Origin: a virus
Length of the DNA stretch: 64,000 nt
Reading direction: 5' to 3' (one strand)
IMG/VR virus record: IMGVR_UViG_3300037852_000055
Coordinates: 1-64,000 of that record
This document shows, in pieces, positions 47,707-57,169 of this stretch; position 1 is the stretch's first letter; every line of letters begins with the position of its first letter. The notes below the pieces were generated by a model. That model was not told where the DNA came from, did no database searches, and saw only the letters and a program-made list of their open reading frames with translations. Made by a program: the position numbers and the translations under genes.

Positions 47707-49175
47707 CTATTGTAATACCGCGTATACCCTTGAGTAACGCGGTGCTGGTGTCTTGGCTGTGCTAGGCACTTCCACAGGTGTCCCCGGCAGTTCCCTAGCT
47801 TTGGCTACGGTTTCGGCAATGTCCTGGTCTATGACTTCCAAGACGTGTGCCGTGGTTCGCGCTATGCGTACACCCTGGGAGTGAACGTCATAGGTGTCAA
47901 GGCCTATGCGGGTGATGGTTGTCATTAGAGTAAGTCCAAGTGGTCACTGCCGCACCGATTGCAAAGCCATCCGGCTTCGCCATCAGCCTCGTCAAAAGCC
48001 ACTAGTTCAAAAGCAGGGTTCAGGTCATTGTTGAGTGTGCCGTTGCCACAGTCCTTGCATACGCCTTGCAGTGGCAGGGGTTCATTCTCATCTATTAACG
48101 CATAGACTGTGGCTGCATACGCATCATCATCTACAATGTGTCCTACAGCTTCGCTCCATTCTGCCTCAGTGATTCTCTCACCTTGAGGGTTCCTGTAAAT
48201 ACCGTCCTCTGACATTGGTATACGCTCCGTTTTCCGGCCACCTAAGGCCTGTAGTCTAGTTAACTCGCACAGCACACTCCCAAGGTATGCTGTACACGTG
48301 CTCATTCACAAACTCATAGCCCATGATGAACTTGAACTCCCCAAACCCAACCAAGTCAACCTCGAACCCATTGGGTGTTTCTCTGACGTTCTTGGCTTCC
48401 GGCCAGTACAACCATGAGTCGTTGCCAGTGCGTGCATTCTTCATGGCAATGGCATTGCTACGCACGATAACAACAGGCCGAATATCACCCACAGCAATTC
48501 CCGGCTTGATTACTGACTGCCCAAGGTTGCCATTGACAATCAAGGGTTTCAGCCAGTCATGGCGCACCAGTTTCAACAGTGTGCCCTTAACCACTTTGCG
48601 TTTGATCGAAGCTAGACTCACAGGCCACCTCCTATGGCTTTGAAAAATGTTTCTGGTTTGAACCTCGGGTTATCCCGTTCCAGTTCCCTTGCCAGCAACC
48701 TAGCAAGGCCTTTGATTGTTTCGGTACGCTCAACTTGCCAACCTTCGGATACAGCAAGTTCACGCCCAAGGAACCGCGCCAAGAATTCGTAATGCCGTTT
48801 CTGAAACTTTGCTGCCATTGTTCTACGCTCCTTGTTTCTGGCACAGTACATGCCAAGGTGTCATACTGTCTAATTTTTGCATGAGGATGCCGCCATGCAC
48901 TTCCCAATAAACCAAGGCATCCTCATAGGTAGGGAACACTCTGCGGTTAACTTCATACTTTGGGTAGGTTGTCATTAGGCTGCCCATCCTATGTCACAAA
49001 GAACAAACCATTTTCCGGTAGCCAAGCATAACCCTAAGGTTTTCCCTTTGACCGACTTGGCTTTGATAATGCGATACCACTCCCCATCAGGGTCAATGCC
49101 TAGGACTTGAGGCCCATGGCCATTTTCATTTTCCCTAATGTCTCGGTTAATCTCACGTGGAGTCATCATAGACAA
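47707..49175 (-). other. Small early CDS (47707-47925, 47925-~48215, 48256-48621, 48618-48851, 48975-49175)
   Basis: GGAG(G) RBSs and coupling; first genes after the divergence region. Confidence 0.55.
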
Positions 49176-49189
49176 AACCCTCCAGTCTC

Positions 49190-49265
49190 ATTTTAGCAAA
49201 CGCCTAGGCAATTGCAACAACATAATGTAGCGGTGCCAGACTCAGGTAACCACAATTAGTAGTGT
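49190..49265 (-). promoter_or_regulatory. Early promoter with tandem NrdR-box-like operators
   Basis: TTGCAA-N16-TAAAAT with extended TG; CCGCTACATTATGTTG (49218-49233) and ACACTACTAATTGTGG (49250-49265), 32 bp apart. Confidence 0.55.
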
Positions 49266-49269
49266 ATAT

Positions 49270-50400
49270 TTGTACCACCAATAGTAAAGGCCTAACCCGA
49301 AGGCTAGGCCCTTGTGATTCGCTCGATATGTACAGGCTACTAACCCTGCATAACCTAGCCCTCCTCTGGCTGTGTCCAGTTCCTCAAAAAGGTTGAAAAG
49401 ACTCAAGCACCTTAGCATACCGCAAGGAACAAGTCAAGTGTACATTTATACGCTTGTCTCCCGGCTTACAAAGGTCTGAATACTCTATAAGGACAGAGGA
49501 GTACACGATCATCGTTCCTAGGCCTTCCCTGTGCCAGCAAACACTATCCTAGGCGTAAGACCTAATACCAGTATCTATGCTTCTTTTCCAGTGTAGTGCA
49601 CCTAGCTTGGAACCATGGGTGTTGTAGTCAAGTATAACACCATAACACACCTAAAGAATCATACACTTACAAACGCATGTAAAGTATGCTTGACAATGCT
49701 AGGCTATTGACCCATGGGTTTCCCTAAGCATTGTCCTTTGGATTCAATCACTTAGCTTTACCCAAGGGTTCACTGTGTATATACAGTTGCCCTGTCTCCT
49801 ATTGCAAACCCTTGCGTATCCACGGCATAAACCCCATGGGAAACCCTCAGGCAAACCCCCGGCATTCTCCCCTGTCCCTCTCCTCTAGCTCAGTACACAG
49901 GTGGCTCGGTTCCTAGGCGTACATATTTATGCGTTAACCCCAACCTGGTGCCCTTCCTCAGGTTTGGCCCTAAACTTGCTCAGGCTTTCCCTTCGCTGTT
50001 TCTTCGCCCCGCTTCGCCTTTTGTTCCCTAGCTGGATTGCGTTCCTAGCCCCGTACAGCCCCGAACGTACACTTGTACGCCCTTGACCCCACCCACCTAA
50101 TATCTGACGATCCTAGGGGAAATACAAGAATCCATATTTAGCGAAGACAAGGCGAACCCAGGCCCAGTTATCCACAGGTACTCAGTGGTTACCCTTTGGG
50201 CTGTGCCTATGCACATCCTAGGTAGTAACAGAGTAGTAACATTGGGAACACCCAATGGGTTAGAGCTTAGGTAGTAACCAATGGGTACTGCTTTGGGTTA
50301 CCAGTGTTGACCCCAGAGGTACCCCTTGCAAGGCACTCCACCACACGTCGCGGGGGTGGTCACGTTTGGTTTTTTCCCTATGCGTGTGGGCCCCTATGAT
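49270..50400. other. Non-coding divergence region (possible origin or genome terminus)
   Basis: No credible ORF; transcription diverges; many CCTAGG/CCCATGGG palindromes; GTAGTAAC three times at 50222-50278. Confidence 0.45.
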
Positions 50401-50405
50401 TTCCC

Positions 50406-50434
50406 TTGTATTCTTAGGCCTCTTATGGTATAAT
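50406..50434 (+). promoter_or_regulatory. Sigma70-type promoter
   Basis: TTGTAT-N17-TATAAT with extended TG. Confidence 0.6.
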
Positions 50435-50453
50435 GTTTTTCATAGGGGAAAAT

Positions 50454-50957
50454 ATGCCTAGAAAAGAACGCTATGCACTTGTTAAGAAACACATGGCCGA
50501 AGACCCTGTGTTTGAAAAAGAATATAAAGCTATGAAAAAAGCTGAAGGTAAACGCCTGAGAGATGCTAAGCTAACACCTGAGGAACTAGAGCTTCGGAAG
50601 TTCCGTAGGGAGCATCCTAAGGAATATGAAAAGCAGAGAATCAAGAAGAAACGAGCAGAGGACCCTGAGTACAACACCAAGTATCTTAATCGTGTACACG
50701 CGAAGAGAAAAAGAATGAAGCACAAGAAGTGGGGTTGGACACCTGAAGCTTTAGAACTTGCTAGGAACACTCAAAATGAAAGATGTGCAGTATGTAACGA
50801 AATAGCTGAGCTTGTTCCCGACCACGAACACAGTGTTCCACCTAAGCCAAGGCAACTACTTTGTAAACTGTGCAACACTGGCCTAGGAATGTTTAGGGAT
50901 GATCCCAAGCTCTTGGAACTAGCGGCATCTTATCTTAGAAAATGGGGTAAATCATAA
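50454..50957 (+). CDS. Endonuclease VII-family protein
   Basis: Q..RCAVC, PDHEH, RQLLC..CNTGLG.F.DD..LL..A..YL. Confidence 0.88.
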   Translation: MPRKERYALVKKHMAEDPVFEKEYKAMKKAEGKRLRDAKLTPEELELRKFRREHPKEYEKQRIKKKRAEDPEYNTKYLNRVHAKRKRMKHKKWGWTPEALELARNTQNERCAVCNEIAELVPDHEHSVPPKPRQLLCKLCNTGLGMFRDDPKLLELAASYLRKWGKS

Positions 50958-51037
50958 GGACACCCATAGCCCCCACCCTATGCATCTCTCTTGTTTTCAT
51001 AGGCTATAACCTATGCAAGCACTTTAGGCAGGAGGCC

Positions 51038-51067
51038 TTGACTTCTTTGTGGGTAAGGTGGTATACT
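51038..51067 (+). promoter_or_regulatory. Sigma70-type promoter
   Basis: TTGACT-N18-TATACT with GTGGTATACT extended -10. Confidence 0.75.
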
Positions 51068-51112
51068 GTTCTTAGATGGGACGGAATTTTAAACGTACAC
51101 AAAGGAGAAACA

Positions 51113-51674
51113 ATGAAACAAGTAGCCATCCTAGAGGGTGGAGATTGGGCAGATGCAGGGGTACACCATTTTGCATTGTCAGACGATGCAAATCTAAAGG
51201 AACTTCACAAGGAATATAAAGATTTGTGCAAAACAACATGGAGAACCCAAGGCAAATTCATAACTTTCCCAACATGGCTTGAGGAAGAGAAGGGAGCCCA
51301 AGAATCTTCAGTGGAAGAGTTCTGGGATGAATAATGGAAGAGAAAACTGAAAGCATGGTGCTGGCAACGGAACCGTGCCCAGACTGTGGTAGCAGTAAGC
51401 ACAAGAGCTGCGATAGGTTTAGACCTCCGGTATGTGGAGAAGATTTTTGTGATGCTTGTGGAGACTGCTTGTATTGCTATGCAGAGGATACGTGTGCAGT
51501 AACAGGAGACCACCATTGATTAAACCTGAGGATATTTACGAAGTTCTCAAAGAGCAACTACATTCTCCTTGGGGATACATAGGACTGGAAGGAAACTTTA
51601 AGGCAGTAGCCGTGGATGGCACAGTAGATTGCCAAGAAATTGCTAAGTTTTTAAATGAAAGGAATAAGAATTGA
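51113..51674 (+). other. Three small hypothetical CDS (51113-51334, 51334-51519 Cys-rich, ~51516-51674)
   Basis: AAGGAG RBS and coupled starts. Confidence 0.55.
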
Positions 51675-52174
51675 AAACCATTGTGCTTGCAACACTAATG
51701 CTCTTGGTATCCCTAGGAATTTCACAAGGGCAGAACGCTGAACTACCCGATGCACCTTCAGCTGTAATGGAAGCTGCATGGGCTCAGAACACCCCTAGCA
51801 CACGCCCAGCATTGTCTTATGAAAAACCTACGGTTAAACCTAGGGGTAAGAAGAAGCTATTAGCTCTGGCCGGAGTTGTGGCTTTTTCCTTAGCGACTGA
51901 AGTATATGACATACGAGAGACAGAGAAAGGGCTCAAGGCTGGAGTGGCGCAGGAAGGGTATACATTTTTAGTCGGTAGTCACCCCTCGGCACATGCACTG
52001 TATACCCGAGACACGATAACCCTGGGGTTACTCACTATACCCTCATTGTTGGGGTATTTTTATAGAAAGCCAGTGCTTTACTACAGCATGCTATCTATAC
52101 CTGCGGCTCAAGGCATTGATCACATTCAAGGGGGAAACCAATGGAAGGATTTATTGCAGGAGGTGGGTAAGTAA
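51671..52174 (+). CDS. Exported membrane protein
   Basis: Signal peptide followed by LPDAPS motif and TM segments. Confidence 0.6.
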   Translation: MKTIVLATLMLLVSLGISQGQNAELPDAPSAVMEAAWAQNTPSTRPALSYEKPTVKPRGKKKLLALAGVVAFSLATEVYDIRETEKGLKAGVAQEGYTFLVGSHPSAHALYTRDTITLGLLTIPSLLGYFYRKPVLYYSMLSIPAAQGIDHIQGGNQWKDLLQEVGK

Positions 52175-52178
52175 GCCG

Positions 52179-52586
52179 ATGCATACCTTATTGTTAATCT
52201 TAGAGATCTTCTTTGGGTCTATAGCCGGGCTTATCGGTTTGGGGTTCATCGTGAGTGCGCTGAAATCAAACGTACATCAGATCGTAACCTGGAATCCTGC
52301 TGTGGATATACCCTACGCTATGAACCAGGCAGCGCACGAAGGTTGGCCCCACAGGGCTCTAGTAGCATTTGATATTTTTGTAAACGTAGTGCTATGTAAG
52401 GGACAGCAGGACGAAACCATTTCTACCCACAGCTGGCGTGCTGCACAAGAAGGCAAAACTTGGGGAAAAGTAATGTGCTGGTGGCTGAATTTGTTTCAGG
52501 ACAACCATGGCCCACAGGCGGCTTCTGGGGATTTACTCAGGGCTACTGAACGGGTAGAAGTACTTAAGAAAGCTCTGGGACTATGA
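52179..52586 (+). CDS. Membrane protein
   Basis: AGGAGG RBS; D..VNV..G..DETIS, WL...Q..H pattern. Confidence 0.6.
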   Translation: MHTLLLILEIFFGSIAGLIGLGFIVSALKSNVHQIVTWNPAVDIPYAMNQAAHEGWPHRALVAFDIFVNVVLCKGQQDETISTHSWRAAQEGKTWGKVMCWWLNLFQDNHGPQAASGDLLRATERVEVLKKALGL

Positions 52587-52739
52587 ATCAGCATGATGAA
52601 GTACGACTAAAACGCGCAAAGGAATGGATAAACCAGCAGGAATACGAAGGGAAAAACCTAGAAGAAAACCTTGTAGATACCTTAGTAAAATACGAGCATT
52701 ACTTAATGGAATGTGAAGCAAAGCGTATGAGTGAAAAAT

Positions 52740-52788
52740 AAAAAAGCCCTAGGAAACCTTTAATAGGAATCCTAGGGCTTTTCTTTTG
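52740..52788. terminator. Bidirectional intrinsic terminator
   Basis: AAAAGCCCTAGGA..TCCTAGGGCTTTT between convergent genes. Confidence 0.8.
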
Positions 52789-52816
52789 TTTATTTGGGAA
52801 CTATATACATAACTCC

Positions 52817-53377
52817 CTAAGTACCTACTTTCGGCCCAGTTGTGCCGTCCATCTCGTACCAGACAAATTCCCCATCTTCGCCAATCGGAAAGTGGCCCCC
52901 GCATGTAGTGCAGAATGTGCCGGAGTAAAATGCCGGATCGCGGGCATACGTTTCCGAGATAGACCGACTCATGGTTGTGATCTTCCCGCACTTCAGGTGC
53001 CTATAAGCATCACGGTATGGCCGAACGAAACCCTTGCTTCTTTCTTCAGGACTCAACACCACGTAGCCTTCCTGCTGCCCATCGGCCCGCAGCGTCGTGT
53101 GGCTGCGATCTTCTGGGACAGGTGAGCCATCCGTAAGGATTTGAACGCTGCGATCTACCGGGATTTTCGCGGCTTCCTGTCGTCGCTTTTCGATGATCTC
53201 TTCCTCCGCGCTATGTGCTTTCTGCTGGAGGAGAAAGGCTAGAGCGCGGGCCTGCTCAGGCGAAAATATGATGTGCCCGACACCGTTCTCATCCGGCTGC
53301 AAATCGGGATGATTGACCACCACTTCCCCTGCCCCGTTTGTGCCGACTTCTAGAGTGTTCTTTGCGATCTCCGTCAT
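52817..53377 (-). CDS. GC-rich hypothetical Zn-binding protein flanked by inverted repeats
   Basis: YVVLS.EER.KGFVRP.R..Y.H..CG..T.M..I.ETYAR.P.FY..TFC..C; 22-bp inverted repeats at 52796-52817 and 53400-53421. Confidence 0.7.
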   Translation of the reverse strand: MTEIAKNTLEVGTNGAGEVVVNHPDLQPDENGVGHIIFSPEQARALAFLLQQKAHSAEEEIIEKRRQEAAKIPVDRSVQILTDGSPVPEDRSHTTLRADGQQEGYVVLSPEERSKGFVRPYRDAYRHLKCGKITTMSRSISETYARDPAFYSGTFCTTCGGHFPIGEDGEFVWYEMDGTTGPKVGT

Positions 53378-53586
53378 CGCTCTCCTTTCCAGTTTTCAAG
53401 GGAGTTAACTATATAATTCCCGTTTATTTAATTCTCACAACATTGGGAGAAACATAGGTTCCTCCAGAGCAACATACTAACGTACAACAGGGTTCACACA
53501 AGGGAGTAAGCTTAGCCACACTACAAGGGGTAGCTCCTCTGGCACCACACCATGCACACTTAGTTGTTGCTATCTTAAGCTCACGC

Positions 53587-54054
53587 CTAAGCCACAGATA
53601 CAGTACCCTGAGCTTTTGTTTCATTCCAGTTTGACCCCCTTGGTACTTCATTGTCATCTAGCACTTTGTTACACAACCTATCCACGAATTCATTACCAGC
53701 ATTCCCAGAGTGGCCCTTCACATGTTTAAGCACATGGCAACCTCTTACCAATAACCCATACGCCTTGCTCATGAGCGGACGTATTTCTGTGTTTATTACG
53801 TTCCACCTTTGGTTGACTTGCTCAACCACTAACTTTGAATCGCAATGAATAAGCACATTCCTCCAGTTGTGCTTCTCTAGGTATTCGAGCAGATAGATCA
53901 GAGCCCAATATTCAGCAAAATTATTGGTATGCACTTCTTTCCCTAAGAAATACCCTTGGGACACTGCACCTCCCGGCAGTTCCACAAGCCAACTTGCCGA
54001 GCATATGCCAGGGTTTCCTACCCGGCACGCACCGTCACAGTACGCTTGTATCAT
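53587..54054 (-). CDS. rnhA: Ribonuclease HI
   Basis: DGAC..GNPG, TNN.AEY, DSKLVV.Q, KGHSGN.GNE..D.L. Confidence 0.92.
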   Translation of the reverse strand: MIQAYCDGACRVGNPGICSASWLVELPGGAVSQGYFLGKEVHTNNFAEYWALIYLLEYLEKHNWRNVLIHCDSKLVVEQVNQRWNVINTEIRPLMSKAYGLLVRGCHVLKHVKGHSGNAGNEFVDRLCNKVLDDNEVPRGSNWNETKAQGTVSVA

Positions 54055-54210
54055 AAGTCAGCTCCTCTTGCTGCTAAGCTGTCTAACCATTGGGTATACA
54101 ACTTCTTTGCCTCGTACTCAGACTCAGGAATAACATAGGTTTCCCCAAGTTCTTTATTGATTCTTTCTAGGTTGTTTTGCACTGAGTCTCTCCAGTACTT
54201 AGGATAAACG

Positions 54211-54465
54211 TTAGTTGTAATGGGAATACCCTACACCTTCCTGTTGTCCCCAAGCTTCATCCACAAGTTTAAAACCTGCCGTAAAAGCTTTTCTCAAAAG
54301 GGTTTCAAAGTCTTCGGTTTGGCTTATGTTTTCTTCATTGTTTTTAAACCACTCATCATAAGCGTCATCAATAAGACTCTCTGTATAACCATTGTCTTCT
54401 TTGTTTAGCATATCTGTTGCGGTGTTTACAAGTCTCTGTAAATTCTGCAAATACTCTACACCCAT
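54211..54465 (-). CDS. Hypothetical protein
   Basis: Adjacent to the MazG-like gene; GAGG RBS. Confidence 0.55.
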   Translation of the reverse strand: MGVEYLQNLQRLVNTATDMLNKEDNGYTESLIDDAYDEWFKNNEENISQTEDFETLLRKAFTAGFKLVDEAWGQQEGVGYSHYN

Positions 54466-54930
54466 CTAAAACCTCTTTCCATTGGCTTTGCTACGTTCTT
54501 CAAAGGTATGATCCTTGCGTTGTGCATTGTATCTGCGCTTCTCTATAAAGGCTCCTCCTAGGTCTAACCCGTGCTCTGCCGCATAATCAAACGTGCGTAT
54601 CAGTAGGTCTGCCAATTCTACCTCTACCATTTTACGGTGGGGCAGATGGGTATCCATAAGATCCTTCCGTTCACCCTCCATGGCTTCTGCAATTTCAGAA
54701 ACCATGAGCATCAATAGTTCTCCCTTGTTTCTCTTAATGGGTTCCTTAGTGTGTGGATCATGCCACCACTTGTCATTGTCCTTTCGGCAAATGTTGGCAA
54801 GCGTATTGATCATGGACTTAGCCAACTGTTCAGAAGTGCCTACTCCATTGGTGCCTTGCATATACTCAAACGTTGGCGATGCTTCCACTTCGTATTCTCC
54901 CATGTAGTTTCCTTTGTTTTTATAATTCAC
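54466..54930 (-). CDS. MazG-like NTP pyrophosphohydrolase
   Basis: L.VSEIAEA.EG.RK, EVELAD..IR..D, K..YN..R. Confidence 0.85.
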   Translation of the reverse strand: MNYKNKGNYMGEYEVEASPTFEYMQGTNGVGTSEQLAKSMINTLANICRKDNDKWWHDPHTKEPIKRNKGELLMLMVSEIAEAMEGERKDLMDTHLPHRKMVEVELADLLIRTFDYAAEHGLDLGGAFIEKRRYNAQRKDHTFEERSKANGKRF

Positions 54931-56806
54931 ATTTATCTCCTACACATGCGTAGGTTTTTGCTCCGGTTGTGTGGTCTTCCTGTTCATACTTGCTCAGCTG
55001 TGCATAATCAATTTTGGGGAACTCTGCATCCAATTTCTTAAACGTGGGTTCATCAATTTCTTGATAAGGAGCTAATTGGTATATCCCAGCATCTTTGGGA
55101 AGAAACGAGACACCACATAAACTATCAAAGTGCTTATAGCACCATGCTCCAGTGGTTAACCACTCATCTTGATCTACATATATAGTTATGGATGGATTAT
55201 GTTCAGTCCAAAACTCCTTTACTACTAACCAATGTTCTAACTGCTGTATTGCATTTATATCGTGCCTAGTTTTCCCACCCTCCGGCGCAGAAATAGGAAA
55301 ATCTAAAACAAACGTGTTGGCTGTGTTTGGTTCTTGTCCAACCTCAGGAGAATAGGGAACCCCTTGGTCTTTCAGTAGCTGGAACAAAGGGTCTGTAGCA
55401 CTGATTCTGTAGCGTCTAATGTAATACTTAGCATATCTCGCATGAATACCGCTGGCTGAATTCACAAGTTGGCTAACCGTACCTGAAGGCTTAATGCATG
55501 TAATGGCGGCAGACATGTTTATCTTAAGTCTATCCGACCACTTCTCAGCTTCTCTAAGGGCTACTCCTTTTAAATCCCCAAGCCACTTCTTCATTGTGTC
55601 ATTTACATTGTTTAAAACCTTGTGATCCATCATTCCTGTTAAACTAACACCTAAAAGGCGTTCTTCTTCACAGTTCTTTTTCCACTCTGGACGTAGATAA
55701 GGAAATTTTGTGAATGTAGCCTGCCAAGACCCAAGCATAACTGCTGTGCGTACTTTTCTACGCAAAGTTTCAAGTGTGTCATCGGGACGTACAACTACTT
55801 CACTAAGATTACAGAACTCTTGATCACGCAGAATAATCTCTCCACAAGGATTGGTACCAATGCAATCCCATGGTTTCCTACGGCTAGAGGCCAGCATTTG
55901 CTTAGCAGCGCCTTCTTTGTTAAAAATACCCCGTTCACCTGAACCTGACTCCATCAGGTTTAACCATTCCTTCATAAAGGTTATTTCATCAGGCTTTCCT
56001 AGGTATATAGCACTGTTGTTACTCATACTTCTATGAGGTGCACTGTCCCAGAACTTACCACTTTTGGATGTGGCAATTTTTTGATCGTCTAAATCACTCA
56101 GACTAATTAGGCTAGATCTTCGTACCCCCCCTACCACAACAATTTCTGCTATCTTGCAGATCAAATCGTGACAATCAATGGGTCTAAGTTTTTGGCCTTG
56201 GCGAGACTTAAAAAGTTTCGTAGCAAACTCGATGAGGTTTTGCAGAGGCTCTGGGCCTGAAGCACGACCTCCCATGGTTAACAATCGGTTACCTCTGGGT
56301 CTAACTTTAGTATAGTCTACGTTTACGTTGCCACCAGAGTATAGTACTGTTAAAACAGTGTTTAGAGCTTTGGCCCACCCTTCTTTTGAGTCTTCAACTA
56401 CAACATTTTCTACAGTATTCTTATTCAGGAACACCGTAGGTAATTGCTCCGTATAGCTGTGTTCCACACTGAAGCCCACTCCAGTTCCACACATTAAAAT
56501 GTACAGAATTTCACTGAACACCTTGAGGTTATTCACTGCCACAAACGAACAGTTATACATTGTAATGTTGTTCTGCTTAGCAGCAGGGCCAGCAGCCCAG
56601 GCAACTCGCATAGAAGGCATAACTTCCTGAGCAAGCCACGCCTTCTTTGCAAAGTTTTTATGAACAGGAACAATGGCTTCACCTAGTTCATCACAAAAAA
56701 ATCCGAGCCATCTATCCCCGGTTTCCTCATAGGTTTCCCTACGTTTTTCTTCTTCTAACCACCTAGAGTATGTCCGGGTGAATGTGAACAATTGACTCTG
56801 ATTCAA
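54920..56806 (-). CDS. nrdJ: Class II (adenosylcobalamin-dependent) ribonucleotide reductase
   Basis: RTYSR, NCSF, GTGVGF, VVVGGVRRS, TNPCGEI, KPSGTVSQL, C-terminal ACVGDKCEL; no beta subunit in window. Confidence 0.92.
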   Translation of the reverse strand: MNQSQLFTFTRTYSRWLEEEKRRETYEETGDRWLGFFCDELGEAIVPVHKNFAKKAWLAQEVMPSMRVAWAAGPAAKQNNITMYNCSFVAVNNLKVFSEILYILMCGTGVGFSVEHSYTEQLPTVFLNKNTVENVVVEDSKEGWAKALNTVLTVLYSGGNVNVDYTKVRPRGNRLLTMGGRASGPEPLQNLIEFATKLFKSRQGQKLRPIDCHDLICKIAEIVVVGGVRRSSLISLSDLDDQKIATSKSGKFWDSAPHRSMSNNSAIYLGKPDEITFMKEWLNLMESGSGERGIFNKEGAAKQMLASSRRKPWDCIGTNPCGEIILRDQEFCNLSEVVVRPDDTLETLRRKVRTAVMLGSWQATFTKFPYLRPEWKKNCEEERLLGVSLTGMMDHKVLNNVNDTMKKWLGDLKGVALREAEKWSDRLKINMSAAITCIKPSGTVSQLVNSASGIHARYAKYYIRRYRISATDPLFQLLKDQGVPYSPEVGQEPNTANTFVLDFPISAPEGGKTRHDINAIQQLEHWLVVKEFWTEHNPSITIYVDQDEWLTTGAWCYKHFDSLCGVSFLPKDAGIYQLAPYQEIDEPTFKKLDAEFPKIDYAQLSKYEQEDHTTGAKTYACVGDKCEL

Positions 56807-57169
56807 TCTCTTTCTCTCTTTCTTTCTCTACGTAAAACGTATGCTTTGAAACACAACGGTACAAAACTAAGTCTGGTCTAATTTGCAAAACTCCTTTTTC
56901 TAGCGGCACAGGAAATGCCTGGGCAGGGCAGAACGGGCAGTTTAGATAACTCATTAGCATCCCTCGAATGCAAAGTCCCACTCTAACCAAAGGTAATCAA
57001 GGGCACGGTTTTCCAAATCTGTGCCTTTATACCCAACGATTCTAGGACGAATAACAAAACCTTTACCAACTTCATAGTTATTCTCAATTGTTTTTAAAGC
57101 AACTGAATCATCTTCAAATTCCTCTTGCAAATATGTTGGTGCTTGCGGCATAGTTACCCCTTTAACCAC
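56763..57169 (-). other. Two small hypothetical CDS (56763-56990, 56954-57169)
   Basis: Fill the gap between pol and nrdJ. Confidence 0.5.
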
